This document shows, one piece after another, positions 52,768 to 61,811 of a stretch of DNA of 62,434 nucleotides. Below the pieces are notes generated by a model. The model searched no databases, had not been told where the DNA came from, and saw nothing but the letters and a program-made list of their open reading frames with translations. The position numbers and the translations under genes are program-made. Numbering within the stretch: position 1 is the first letter of the stretch; the number at the start of each line of letters is the position of its first letter. Source of the stretch: Candidatus Pacearchaeota archaeon. Lineage in GTDB: Archaea; Nanobdellota; Nanobdellia; Pacearchaeales; GW2011-AR1. The stretch lies in contig JAGVXA010000012.1 of NCBI GenBank assembly GCA_018304025.1, positions 1-62,434 of the forward strand, in the 5' to 3' direction.

Positions 52768-53032
52768 CGCTGCGTGACGCATTTGGACTTTTGTAAGAAC
52801 CCTTCTCGGTTTCTTACCAACTTCCCCTTGCAATACGTTCAAGGCTGATTTTTTGCTGCTGGCAAGTCTTATCAGTAAAATTCGCTCTTGATGCGTCGCA
52901 ATTGGACTTGCCAATTCTTGTCGCTGGCAAGTCTTATCGGTAAAATTCGCTCTTGATGCGTCGCAATTGGACTGTAAAATTCGCTCCGCGAATTTAGCGA
53001 CGCATCAACTCCGCGAATTTAGCGCGCCGAAC
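52768..53032. mobile_element. composite of at least three nested/tandem palindromic units
   Basis: The segment ggcaagtcttatc.gtaaaattcgctcttgatgcgtcgcaattggac occurs twice in tandem. Arms gatgcgtcgc/gcgacgcatc. Terminal gcgaatttagcgcgccga. Confidence 0.6.
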
Positions 53033-53079
53033 TAACTTGTTACGAGACAAAAAGCATAGATTCTTATTGAAATGTGATA

Positions 53080-53094
53080 GTAAAATATAATAAC
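53080..53094 (+). promoter_or_regulatory. putative TATA/BRE region (gtaaaatataataac) 35 nt before the ATG
   Basis: See 49621..49635. Confidence 0.35.
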
Positions 53095-53114
53095 CTTGCA
53101 GGACAGTTTTATTC

Positions 53115-55820
53115 ATGAAAAAAGAGAGGGCTTTATTTATTGGAGTATTTATTTTAATAATTTTAATTTTTTCATTTAACTCTTTTGATAAATTCCTTCT
53201 TATGGATCCGGGTGATGGAAACTGTGTCATAACTAAGGCGCGGTGGGAAGTTGCCGAGGATATTTTTGTTGAAGAAAAGGAACCGCTCTTGCTAAATATA
53301 ACTTCATCAAGCTGCAGGAAGTATGGTAATTCTATCGGCGAATTTATGGGTTTGCTCGCTGAAACCGGCAAGACAGCTTTTCCTGTCGGGAGAGGTGTTT
53401 TGGACAATCCAAATGTTAACGGCGCAGATAATCCGAGCGTGTTTTACGACGACAACGGAACACTTTTTCTTATTTTTGGGGACCCTAATGGCGACGGCGG
53501 CGTGTTTAGAGACGGGGCGATGGCATTTACTTCTGAAATTGTTCCGGAGAAAAATCTGGACTTAAAGCATAATCGCAACTGGGCTGTTAGAAGCGACGAT
53601 TACAACAACGACGGATATTATGATGCGGCTTCGTTAGCGGGCAAGGCAGGATACACCCGTGTGAATAATATTGGCGGAGCTGTTTTGGATTTGCCTGACG
53701 GGCGGAAGAGAATTTTATTCATGGCTTATTTTTATATATCGCAGCCTACTAACCCTCAGAGAGTGCAGCTGCTTTATTCAGATGATAATTTTGAGACAAT
53801 GGCTGTTAATAATCCAGAGCTTATATTTTGGGATTATTCTGACGGGGGCTATGGAGCCTATGCGCCGCATGTTTTTCTTGGGTATAGCATGAGAAGGCTT
53901 GGAGATTATATTTATATTGCAATGCCAAGGTCAGGCAGCGGGAATTTAGTAATGTTCAGAGCTAATGTTGGTGACTTAATAAAATCAGATTTATCTTTGA
54001 GCGATTGGGAGTATTTGAATTCGACAAACGCAAGTGGATACGCCTCCTGGATTAAAGGAGTTGAAAGAGGGCAGATTTCTTTAGCATGGGACGATGAAAA
54101 ATACATTCCCCCAGTCAATTTTAGCTCTGCGCCCTCTATCTTGAGTTCGATACATTGGAATCCTTACTTAAACAAATGGATTGCGATGGACACGATTTAT
54201 GTTAATACTTGGGAATCTGATTATTACTGGGGGCCTTATACAAATATTACTTTTATAAATCATTACCCTTATTTCAACGGATATAACGCATTTACTCACG
54301 AAACTTTGCTTGGAGAGAATGGAAGAGATATTTATTACGCGAGGTCAAGATGGCCATCGTCTGGATATTACGGAACATATTGGTTCAAGGCAAGAATGAC
54401 TCCGCTGATGGAAATTGAACTTTCCCAAAAATCTGCTGTGAGAGGAAACAACATTTCTATTACTGTTACTGATAATTCTGGAGATGTCCGCGAGGCAGAC
54501 TTTTATGTTGGTGTCGACGGATGGAAGGCGGATTATACAAAGAGCGAAGGAAACAAACATTTCTTCAGCTATGTTGTTTCAGGAGAAGAAAATAATGGAG
54601 GAGTTGGAGTTGTTAATGTTGCTGCTTACAAGATTTACAGGAATTCTCCGATAAACGCGTCAAACATGAGAGAGGTTGCTTTGGCTGTCAATCATAGAAA
54701 TGATTTGCATTTAGATATAACGTCTCATGCTGAGAATGAAATTGTTTCTGGGACTGTTATTATTAATGCAAGCGCGTGGTATGATACTGCGGTTGAAGAA
54801 AATTCAGAGGGGAAGCCGGAAGTTTATGTTATAAGAACTGTTTTGGAATCTACTGAAAACGAAATGGTTGAGGACGCTGATGTTCTTGCGCCGTATAGTT
54901 TGAAATTGGACACTTCGAGATATGAAAACGGATTGCATGAATTCAAGATTACTGTTTACGATACAATAGACAGAAAAGCTGAGAAGATAATTAGATTGAA
55001 TATTCAGAATGGCGCGGCGCCTGCTGTGGCCGGAAATTATCTTTCTGACGGGGACATGGAAGCTGACGGAACGAGTTCGTGGATGTCTTATACTTCTGGT
55101 GCTTTGCTAAAAGTTTCCGACGGAAGGCAGAGAAATGGGAAGCAGAGCTTACTAATTATTAATAATGACAGCGCCGGAACTGGCGAGTATAGGGGGATGC
55201 AGCAAATTGTGAGCGGGCTTAGCGGGGGAGAGAGTTTATATTATTCTGTGTGGGCAAAAATGCATCAGAATATAACTTCTAAGACTCCGTCTGACATTTT
55301 TGCAGGGGAATATTTGAATAACTCTTTTTACTGCGGGATTTATGCTCCAGGATATAATTGGCTGGATATTTGCTACAACTACTATTCTCCATTTAGCTAT
55401 TTTATTAAATGCGGGAGGCAAATCACAAATCCTTCCGGAAATACAGATCTCTATTTTATATGCGCGGTCAGGGAAAGAAATGTTGATGCGGGCAGAATAG
55501 AATTAATTATTGACGACGCTGTTTTAAGAGACGCTTCTTATCCTGTTGTTGAAGACGCGACAAATTTGAATTTAGATTTGATTGACGGGAGAGTTGAATT
55601 GAGCTGGGAGTTTGCTAGAGATTTGAATGTAGAGTATTATTATATTTATAGAAAATTAATTGGCGGCACTTATGAAAAAATCGGAGAAGTTAGAGATTAT
55701 ATGCGTTCTTTTTCTGATGATGTTTCTTCACTTGCGAGCGGAGAGTATGTGTATAAAGTTGTTTCTGTCGATGAAATGGCTAAAGAAAGCAATGGCGTAG
55801 AGATTGGATTTGTGAAATAG
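53115..55820 (+). CDS. large secreted protein with N-terminal CVITKARW tag, possible glycosidase-like beta-propeller, CBM-like and FN3-like C-terminal modules
   Basis: 901 aa. The leader is paralogous to 49656... LFLIFGDPNGDGG resembles DUF4185-type cores. The C-terminal VELSWE...YYIYRK...GEYVYKVVSVD is FN3-like. Confidence 0.65.
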   Translation: MKKERALFIGVFILIILIFSFNSFDKFLLMDPGDGNCVITKARWEVAEDIFVEEKEPLLLNITSSSCRKYGNSIGEFMGLLAETGKTAFPVGRGVLDNPNVNGADNPSVFYDDNGTLFLIFGDPNGDGGVFRDGAMAFTSEIVPEKNLDLKHNRNWAVRSDDYNNDGYYDAASLAGKAGYTRVNNIGGAVLDLPDGRKRILFMAYFYISQPTNPQRVQLLYSDDNFETMAVNNPELIFWDYSDGGYGAYAPHVFLGYSMRRLGDYIYIAMPRSGSGNLVMFRANVGDLIKSDLSLSDWEYLNSTNASGYASWIKGVERGQISLAWDDEKYIPPVNFSSAPSILSSIHWNPYLNKWIAMDTIYVNTWESDYYWGPYTNITFINHYPYFNGYNAFTHETLLGENGRDIYYARSRWPSSGYYGTYWFKARMTPLMEIELSQKSAVRGNNISITVTDNSGDVREADFYVGVDGWKADYTKSEGNKHFFSYVVSGEENNGGVGVVNVAAYKIYRNSPINASNMREVALAVNHRNDLHLDITSHAENEIVSGTVIINASAWYDTAVEENSEGKPEVYVIRTVLESTENEMVEDADVLAPYSLKLDTSRYENGLHEFKITVYDTIDRKAEKIIRLNIQNGAAPAVAGNYLSDGDMEADGTSSWMSYTSGALLKVSDGRQRNGKQSLLIINNDSAGTGEYRGMQQIVSGLSGGESLYYSVWAKMHQNITSKTPSDIFAGEYLNNSFYCGIYAPGYNWLDICYNYYSPFSYFIKCGRQITNPSGNTDLYFICAVRERNVDAGRIELIIDDAVLRDASYPVVEDATNLNLDLIDGRVELSWEFARDLNVEYYYIYRKLIGGTYEKIGEVRDYMRSFSDDVSSLASGEYVYKVVSVDEMAKESNGVEIGFVK

Positions 55821-55859
55821 ATTTTAGGGTGATTAATATTTTGAGGAGATAGTTAGTGT

Positions 55860-56034
55860 GATAGAATCGAGATTTTATATGGAGGTAATTGTCGGGATAG
55901 ATTCGAGAAATTTAGGAAGAAGATAATTAATAGTTGTTTTATGAGATAATTAATTTTAGGGAATAATTATCTGGATAGAATCGAGAGTTTTAGGAAGAAG
56001 ATAATTATCTGGATAGAATCGAGAAATTGCTCTT
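55860..56034. repeat. four irregularly spaced copies of GATAGAATCGAGA(A/G)(A/T)TT(TAGGAAGAAGATAATTATCTG)
   Basis: Copies start at 55860, 55896, 55974 and 56012. Related ataattat.tggatagaa.c.agaaatt motifs lie at 36131.., 61901.. and 16024.. Confidence 0.55.
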
Positions 56035-56123
56035 CTCGGCGCGCATTTGGACGCACAATTTTATTCGGCTGTGCGTCTTATCATTAACCAAATTCACTTC
56101 GTGAATTTGGAGAGCGCGCCGAG
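56035..56123. mobile_element. 89-nt palindromic unit (arms CTCGGCGCGC/GCGCGCCGAG)
   Basis: atttggacgcac...gtgcgtc hairpin and caaattcac ttc gtgaatttg hairpin. Followed by two aatttccgag.atttt motifs. Confidence 0.6.
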
Positions 56124-56229
56124 CAATTTCCGAGAATTTTACGATAACAGAAATTTCCGAGTATTTTATAATAATAGAAATTTCTGGAACGAAAGCGACC
56201 GACAATATGACGCAGGATTCGGTTTGATG

Positions 56230-56574
56230 TCATTTACATTCAGAATAAGCCTGTTCTTCAAATCTATCCCAATAGTTACCTGTGAATTCTTTGTTATCAA
56301 AAGCTTCTCGATATTCATTAGCTTTCTGTTCATCGAAACATTTACAATCATGTAAAGAACCAATACAGTAATATTCGGTGAAAGCATCTGCCCATCCGCT
56401 TGGGTAATAGCTATAGGCGATTCCTGTACATTGACATATTTTATCTTTAGGTAATCCTGCAAAACCACCGCTATGAGCATACGGTTTAAAGATAAAAAAG
56501 CTCGGATAAGCAATAATAAGAATTACTACGAGAATTACAAGGATTGTGGAGATTATCAGACTGTTTCGCTTCAT
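56230..56574 (-). CDS. hypothetical membrane-anchored Cys-containing protein
   Basis: The track start is TTG, so the ATG at 56574 is used. One N-terminal TM helix. Confidence 0.5.
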   Translation of the reverse strand: MKRNSLIISTILVILVVILIIAYPSFFIFKPYAHSGGFAGLPKDKICQCTGIAYSYYPSGWADAFTEYYCIGSLHDCKCFDEQKANEYREAFDNKEFTGNYWDRFEEQAYSECK

Positions 56575-56754
56575 AAACAAAAATGATTAAAATTCTATAT
56601 AAATATATCGAAAGCTTCAAATTGAGTCCGAGTAATATTGCACATAACTAAAATTTTAGAATTATTCTGATATAGAAATTTCCGAAAGGTTTGGATAAAA
56701 TTTGAAGAGGAAAGGTTTTTAATAACTGGATATTAGATTATTTAGAAAAAGAAG

Positions 56755-57735
56755 ATGAATATAGCAATAAACGGATTCGGGCGAATTGGAAGAGCTGTGT
56801 TTAAGATTGCGCTGGAGAAGGGGATGCACATCGCCGCGATTAATGATTTGTCTGACGTGAAAAATCTTGCTTACTTGCTGAAATATGATTCTGTCTACGG
56901 ACGCTACGACAAGAAAGTCGAAGTCAAGGGAGGAGATTTAGAAATTAACGGCAAGATAATTAAAGTTCTTGCTGAAAAAGATCCTTTGAATTTGCCGTGG
57001 AAAAAACTCGGAGTTGATGTTGTTATTGAATCAACTGGTTTTTTCACGGACAAGACCGGAGCTGAAAAACATTTGAAAGCTGGCGCGAAATTTGTTTTGA
57101 TAACTGCTCCTGCCAAGAATCCTGATGCGACGATTGTCTTGGGAGTTAACGACGGTGATTTGAAAAAAGAGCATAAAATTATTTCTGTTGCTTCCTGCAC
57201 GACGAATTGTCTTGCGCCGATTGTGAAAGTTCTGGATGATAATTTTGGGATAGAGCAGGGGATTATGACGACTGTTCATGCTTACACGAATGACCAAGTT
57301 GTGCACGATCAGGTTCATAAAAAAATGAGGCGCGGGAGGGCTGCGGGCTTGAACATTATTCCTACTACGAGCGGCGCGAGCGAGGCGATTAATGCTGTTA
57401 TTCCGAGATTAAAGGGGCGGATTGATGGGTTGGCTTTGCGAGTTCCTGTTTCAGTTGGTTCTATTGTTGATTTTTCTGCGAGGTTGAAAAGACCTGCGGA
57501 TGCTGAGAGAATAAACGCGGCGATGAAGAAGGCTTCGATGGGCGCGATGAAAGGAATTTTGGATTATACTGAGGATGAGATTGTTTCTACTGATGTGATT
57601 GGGACTTCGTGCTCGTCGCTGTTTGACGCTACCGGGACAATTGTGATAGGGGATTTAGTCAAAGTATTTTCTTGGTATGATAATGAGTATGGGTATTCGT
57701 GCAGAGTTGTGGATGTTGTTAAGATGCTTCGTTAA
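56755..57735 (+). CDS. gap: glyceraldehyde-3-phosphate dehydrogenase, type I, copy 2
   Basis: Same length as copy 1, with about 20 amino-acid differences. The upstream 47 nt are identical. Confidence 0.92.
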   Translation: MNIAINGFGRIGRAVFKIALEKGMHIAAINDLSDVKNLAYLLKYDSVYGRYDKKVEVKGGDLEINGKIIKVLAEKDPLNLPWKKLGVDVVIESTGFFTDKTGAEKHLKAGAKFVLITAPAKNPDATIVLGVNDGDLKKEHKIISVASCTTNCLAPIVKVLDDNFGIEQGIMTTVHAYTNDQVVHDQVHKKMRRGRAAGLNIIPTTSGASEAINAVIPRLKGRIDGLALRVPVSVGSIVDFSARLKRPADAERINAAMKKASMGAMKGILDYTEDEIVSTDVIGTSCSSLFDATGTIVIGDLVKVFSWYDNEYGYSCRVVDVVKMLR

Positions 57736-57765
57736 GTTTATATAGACGACTTCTAAAAATAATTT

Positions 57766-58302
57766 ATGACAATTGAAGAAGAAATTGTGGCTTTTGACGA
57801 CTTGACAAGAACAGTTGCTGAAATAGCTAAAGAACTCGTGGAAAAAGGATATTCTTTAGATACTGTTCGGTGTGCTCTTTATGCGAGCAGAAATGGAATG
57901 AATTTAAAGCAATCTCGGAATATTTATGCTATCAAGAGGGGATTTAATAGCTATAATGATTATACGTATTGCATGCGATTAGTAAATTCGGGAATAATAA
58001 AAAACAAAAAGGGTTATCTTAGAAGAAGAAAAACTAGGTAGCTTGGCGGGGCGAGACTTGCTGCTCCAGAAGTTTTAGACAGAATTCCATCTGAAGAAAG
58101 ATGTGAGGAGCAAAAATTCAAAGATTTGATTTCTGTTCTTGAGGAAGATGAAAAAGATTTGATGATGAAAAGATATTTTGAAGGCAAAACGTTAGATGAA
58201 GTTGCACAAGAAAAAGGCATGACGCATCAAGCAGTCTTTTCCAGAGAACAAAAAGTTTTACAAAAATTTGTAAGGTATTTTAGAAGAGCGAGATTAAATT
58301 AA
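57766..58302 (+). pseudogene. gene for a protein with a C-terminal sigma-70 region-4-like HTH, interrupted by an in-frame TAG (58039..58041)
   Basis: ORF 57766..58041 continues in the same frame to 58302: ...LISVLEEDEKDLMMKRYFEGKTLDEVAQEKGMTHQAVFSREQKVLQKF. No in-frame start lies upstream of the HTH segment. Confidence 0.5.
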
Positions 58303-58359
58303 AAAGAGTTAGGTTTTTATTCTCCTTTTTCTTTAGAATCTGACATAAAAGGAGATGAA

Positions 58360-59502
58360 ATGAAATTCAAAACAATAGATGATTTTAATTTTTCCGGGAA
58401 AAGAGTTTTAGTCAGAGTTGACTTGAATTCTGAAGTCAGCGACGGAAAAATACAAATGAGCGACAGGATTTCCGAGAGCGCGAAGACAATTGCTGAGCTT
58501 TGCAAGAAGGGCGCGCGGGTTGTTGTGCTGGCGCATCAGGGCAGATTAGGCGATGAAGATTTTACTTCTTTAGAGCAGCACGCTAAATTATTGAATAAAA
58601 TTGTGAAGATTAAATTTGTCGACGATGTTATCGGGGAGAAAGCGCTTTCGGAGATTAGTTCGTTGAAAGACGGACAGGCGATTTTGCTGGAGAATGTCCG
58701 CGGATTGAAAGAAGAATCTGACGGCGGGGCTGAAAACAATTTAGTCAGGACTTTGGCTGGGCATTTTTATTTGTATGTTAACGACGCTTTTTCTGTTTCG
58801 CACAGGGAACAGACGTCGATAACTGGCTTTCCAAAAGTTTTGCCTTCTTGCATCGGAAGAACAATGGAACAGGAATTGAATGCCTTGGGGCATTTGGATA
58901 AAATGAAAAATGCTTTGTTTATTCTTGGAGGTTCGAAGACAGACAATGTTTTATTGATGAAGAAGAAAAAAGTTATTACCTGCGGGGTTTACGGGCATCT
59001 TTGTTTAGTTGCCAAGGGAAATGATTTGGGTGCGCAAAATAAATTTCTTGAGAAGACAGTTAAAGATTATTCTGCTGTTCTTGCGGATTTGAAGAAAGTT
59101 GTTCTTGGAGTTCGGACGCCGATGGATTTGGCTGTTAATGCTAACGGGCGGCGGAAAGAGTTAGCGATTTCAGAGTTTCCGTCGGAATATGAGGTTTTTG
59201 ATATTGGCTCGCGAACTATTTCTTTGTATAAAGATTTGATAAAAAATTCAGAGGCGGTTTTTATGAAGGGGACTGCAGGGTATTGCGAGGATGCAAAGTT
59301 TTGTTTTGGTACTCGGGAGTTATTGAATGCGATTGCTTCTTCGAAATGTTTTTCGGTTTTGAGCGGAGGGCATACTTCAACTGCCTTGAAAAAATTTGGG
59401 ATTCCCAAGAAAAAATTTGATTATGTTTCGTTGAGCGGTGGGGCGCTGGTTTGGTATTTGGTTGGGAAGAAATTGCCGGGATTGGAGGCGTTGAGGAAAT
59501 GA
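58360..59502 (+). CDS. pgk: phosphoglycerate kinase
   Basis: GKRVLVRVDLN, AHQGR, and a C-terminal GGGHTS...SLSGGA. Confidence 0.92.
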   Translation: MKFKTIDDFNFSGKRVLVRVDLNSEVSDGKIQMSDRISESAKTIAELCKKGARVVVLAHQGRLGDEDFTSLEQHAKLLNKIVKIKFVDDVIGEKALSEISSLKDGQAILLENVRGLKEESDGGAENNLVRTLAGHFYLYVNDAFSVSHREQTSITGFPKVLPSCIGRTMEQELNALGHLDKMKNALFILGGSKTDNVLLMKKKKVITCGVYGHLCLVAKGNDLGAQNKFLEKTVKDYSAVLADLKKVVLGVRTPMDLAVNANGRRKELAISEFPSEYEVFDIGSRTISLYKDLIKNSEAVFMKGTAGYCEDAKFCFGTRELLNAIASSKCFSVLSGGHTSTALKKFGIPKKKFDYVSLSGGALVWYLVGKKLPGLEALRK

Positions 59503-59603
59503 AGAAAAAAATAAATTGGGACGATGTTGCTTTTTGGATTATTACTATAACTTTAATAATTGTGATAGGATATTTATTCATAACAGGGAGGGCGTTTGAA
59601 TGA
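59499..59603 (+). CDS. 34-aa single-TM peptide MKKKINWDDVAFWIITITLIIVIGYLFITGRAFE
   Basis: ATGA overlaps with pgk upstream and the next gene downstream. Paralogue of 45425..45520. Confidence 0.5.
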   Translation: MKKKINWDDVAFWIITITLIIVIGYLFITGRAFE

Positions 59604-59839
59604 ACTGGAAGAATTTGCTTTTTTGGATATTATCATTACTTGCAGCAATTTTATTATTATGGAATATATTCGGAAATAGTCCGAGCGAATTTATTACTTT
59701 AATTACAATTATTTTTGCGATGGTTGTAAAAATGTGGACTTTAAGCGATAGGCAAATTAAGTCAGAGATGAGGATGAAGGAAGGATTTAATAAAATAAAA
59801 GACGATATGGATTTAATAAAAAAGAAGTTGAAAGTTTAA
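59600..59839 (+). CDS. 79-aa two-TM protein (paralogue of 45520..45756)
   Basis: LFWILSLLAAILLLWNIFGNSPSE. The next gene starts 2 nt after its stop. Confidence 0.55.
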   Translation: MNWKNLLFWILSLLAAILLLWNIFGNSPSEFITLITIIFAMVVKMWTLSDRQIKSEMRMKEGFNKIKDDMDLIKKKLKV

Positions 59840-59840
59840 A

Positions 59841-60782
59841 ATGAAATACGATATAATAACATTAGGCGGGGCAGTTGTCGACGCATTTGTGGAGATGGAC
59901 GTGGCTAAAAAAAATGGCATGCTGAGTTTTCCTGCTGACGAGAAAATGCTCATGAAAGATTTGGATTTTTACACTGGCGGCGGCGGAACAAATACTGCGG
60001 CTGCGTTTTCCAAGATGGGTTTGAAAACAGGCTGCATTGCTGAATTGGGGAGGGACAATAACGCTGAAATAATTTTGAAAGAATTGAAAAAATTTAATGT
60101 TGATTTTTTGGGGACGCGGGGAAAAGAACCGACGGGTTTTTCTGTTATTTTAACTGGGCGGGGCAAGAGCAGAACGATTTTGCAGAAAAAAGGAGCGAAT
60201 GAAACTTTGTCTTTTAGGGAATTGAATCTGAGCAAGTTAAAGACCAAATGGTTTTATTTTTCGTCATCTATTGGGGAGACTTTGAAGACGCAGAAAAAAT
60301 TATCTTCGTGGGCGCGGAAACGCGGGATTAAAATTGCTTACAATCCGAGCAGTTATTTGACTAAGCAAGGCGCGCGGAATCTTCGGGGATTGCTGAGAAA
60401 TGTTGATGTTTTGATTTTGAACAAAGAGGAAGCTTCGGATCTTGTCGGGAAAAGAAGTTTTAGCGGGCTGCATGCGCTTGGGCCGAAGATTGTCTGCATT
60501 ACCGACGGGGCGAACGGAAACCAGGCCTCTGACGGGAAAAAAATTTATTTTGTTGGGGCGAGGAAAATTAAAGTTGTTGAAAGAACGGGCGCGGGAGATG
60601 CTTTTGCGTCGGGTTTTGTTGCCTGTCTGATTAAAACTGGAAAGATTGAAGATGCTGTCAGAATCGGGAGCTTGAATGCAGAATCTGTGATTAAAATTCG
60701 GGGGGCGAAGAATGGGCTTTTGGGGTGGGGGAGGGCGAGGAGAGAGATGGGGAAGATTAAAGTTAAGATTGGGAAATTATAA
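59841..60782 (+). CDS. PfkB/ribokinase-family sugar (phosphate) kinase
   Basis: GGGGTNTA near the N-terminus and TGAGDAFASGF near the C-terminus. Confidence 0.8.
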   Translation: MKYDIITLGGAVVDAFVEMDVAKKNGMLSFPADEKMLMKDLDFYTGGGGTNTAAAFSKMGLKTGCIAELGRDNNAEIILKELKKFNVDFLGTRGKEPTGFSVILTGRGKSRTILQKKGANETLSFRELNLSKLKTKWFYFSSSIGETLKTQKKLSSWARKRGIKIAYNPSSYLTKQGARNLRGLLRNVDVLILNKEEASDLVGKRSFSGLHALGPKIVCITDGANGNQASDGKKIYFVGARKIKVVERTGAGDAFASGFVACLIKTGKIEDAVRIGSLNAESVIKIRGAKNGLLGWGRARREMGKIKVKIGKL

Positions 60783-60965
60783 GTATACTTTTTTTGATTG
60801 ATAATTATGACAGGAGTTGCAGAATAATTCTGAAAGGGACATTGAAGAATTAAGAATTAGATTAAATTTTTCTTATGCCGGGTTTATAGAACAGCTTGAC
60901 GAACTTGACAGGAATAGGGCGGTTAGCTTAAAATTTCTAGACGAAACTGTTTTTGATATTTAGAA

Positions 60966-61811
60966 TTAATCTTCATCATCCTGCAAACTTTTTAGCGCGT
61001 CTTGTTCTTCTTTTAATCTTTTCTGGGCGTCTTTTATTCTCTTGATTTTTTCTATTCTTGAACGGACGTTTTCAATTTCTGCTTCTGTTTTTAAGAGTTC
61101 CTCGTCGATTGGAGTGGCTGATTTTGGCTTGGGCATTATCTGCCCTGAATGTCTCATGTGCTGAACTTTTGGCAGATACGCTGGCGGCGCGCTGCTTAAG
61201 AAAGATCTTCTTACAAGAAATACGACGACAATTGCAATAACTGCTGCTATTCCTACGACCCAGATTGTTGTTTTGGAAGAGAGCCAGTCGCTATTCTTGA
61301 AAATTGCCAAGCCAGTTATTCCTGGTTCGCTTGAAATGTTTTGCATCATTTCTTCAATTGTTTCGTTTACTGTTTCTTCGGTTGTTTGGTTGGTTTCTTC
61401 TTCGACTGTTTGATTGGCAGTTTCAACTGTTTCGTTTTTTATTTCTAAGGTCCTGTAATCTTCGTTTACTTTTCCAGGTATAATCTGGAGATAAAGGGGT
61501 TCGGACATGGACTTTTTACTAAAATATTCAGACATAATTTTTTCATTACCGTTATTTATCTGCACATACAAGTCAATTTCGTTATAATTGTTAGAGGAGA
61601 AAGTAGCTGAAGCCAAACCGCTTGTGTCTGCTGTTTTTTTGATGGATTCCAGTAATTGGTAATCGTCTGAAGGCTCGGCGACATTTATGAAGACGACGTG
61701 GTTTGGGTAGGTTTTGATGTTAATCTCTAATGTTGCTGCGGTTACAACTGGCAAGATTGATAATAAAATCAACAAGAAAATTAATTTTTTCGCCATCTTC
61801 TTTGGATTCAT
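60966..61811 (-). CDS. hypothetical surface protein (signal peptide, acidic T/E-rich linker, TM helix, coiled-coil tail)
   Basis: 281 aa, ATG start. Confidence 0.6.
   Translation of the reverse strand: MNPKKMAKKLIFLLILLSILPVVTAATLEINIKTYPNHVVFINVAEPSDDYQLLESIKKTADTSGLASATFSSNNYNEIDLYVQINNGNEKIMSEYFSKKSMSEPLYLQIIPGKVNEDYRTLEIKNETVETANQTVEEETNQTTEETVNETIEEMMQNISSEPGITGLAIFKNSDWLSSKTTIWVVGIAAVIAIVVVFLVRRSFLSSAPPAYLPKVQHMRHSGQIMPKPKSATPIDEELLKTEAEIENVRSRIEKIKRIKDAQKRLKEEQDALKSLQDDED

Noticed and set aside
55860-56165. Possible CRISPR array (short repeated motifs)
   Set aside because: Repeat spacing is irregular (36, 78, 38 nt), the repeats are imperfect and partly inverted, and there are no unique spacers of uniform length. 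No cas genes are present in the window.
48012-58041. In-frame TAG codons as evidence of a reassigned stop codon (e.g. pyrrolysine)
   Set aside because: TAG terminates many confidently called genes here (e.g. ends at 4464, 12223, 24411, 55820, and minus-strand genes ending at 18956, 21603, 30141). No pyl genes were seen. Pseudogenisation or local read-through is more parsimonious.
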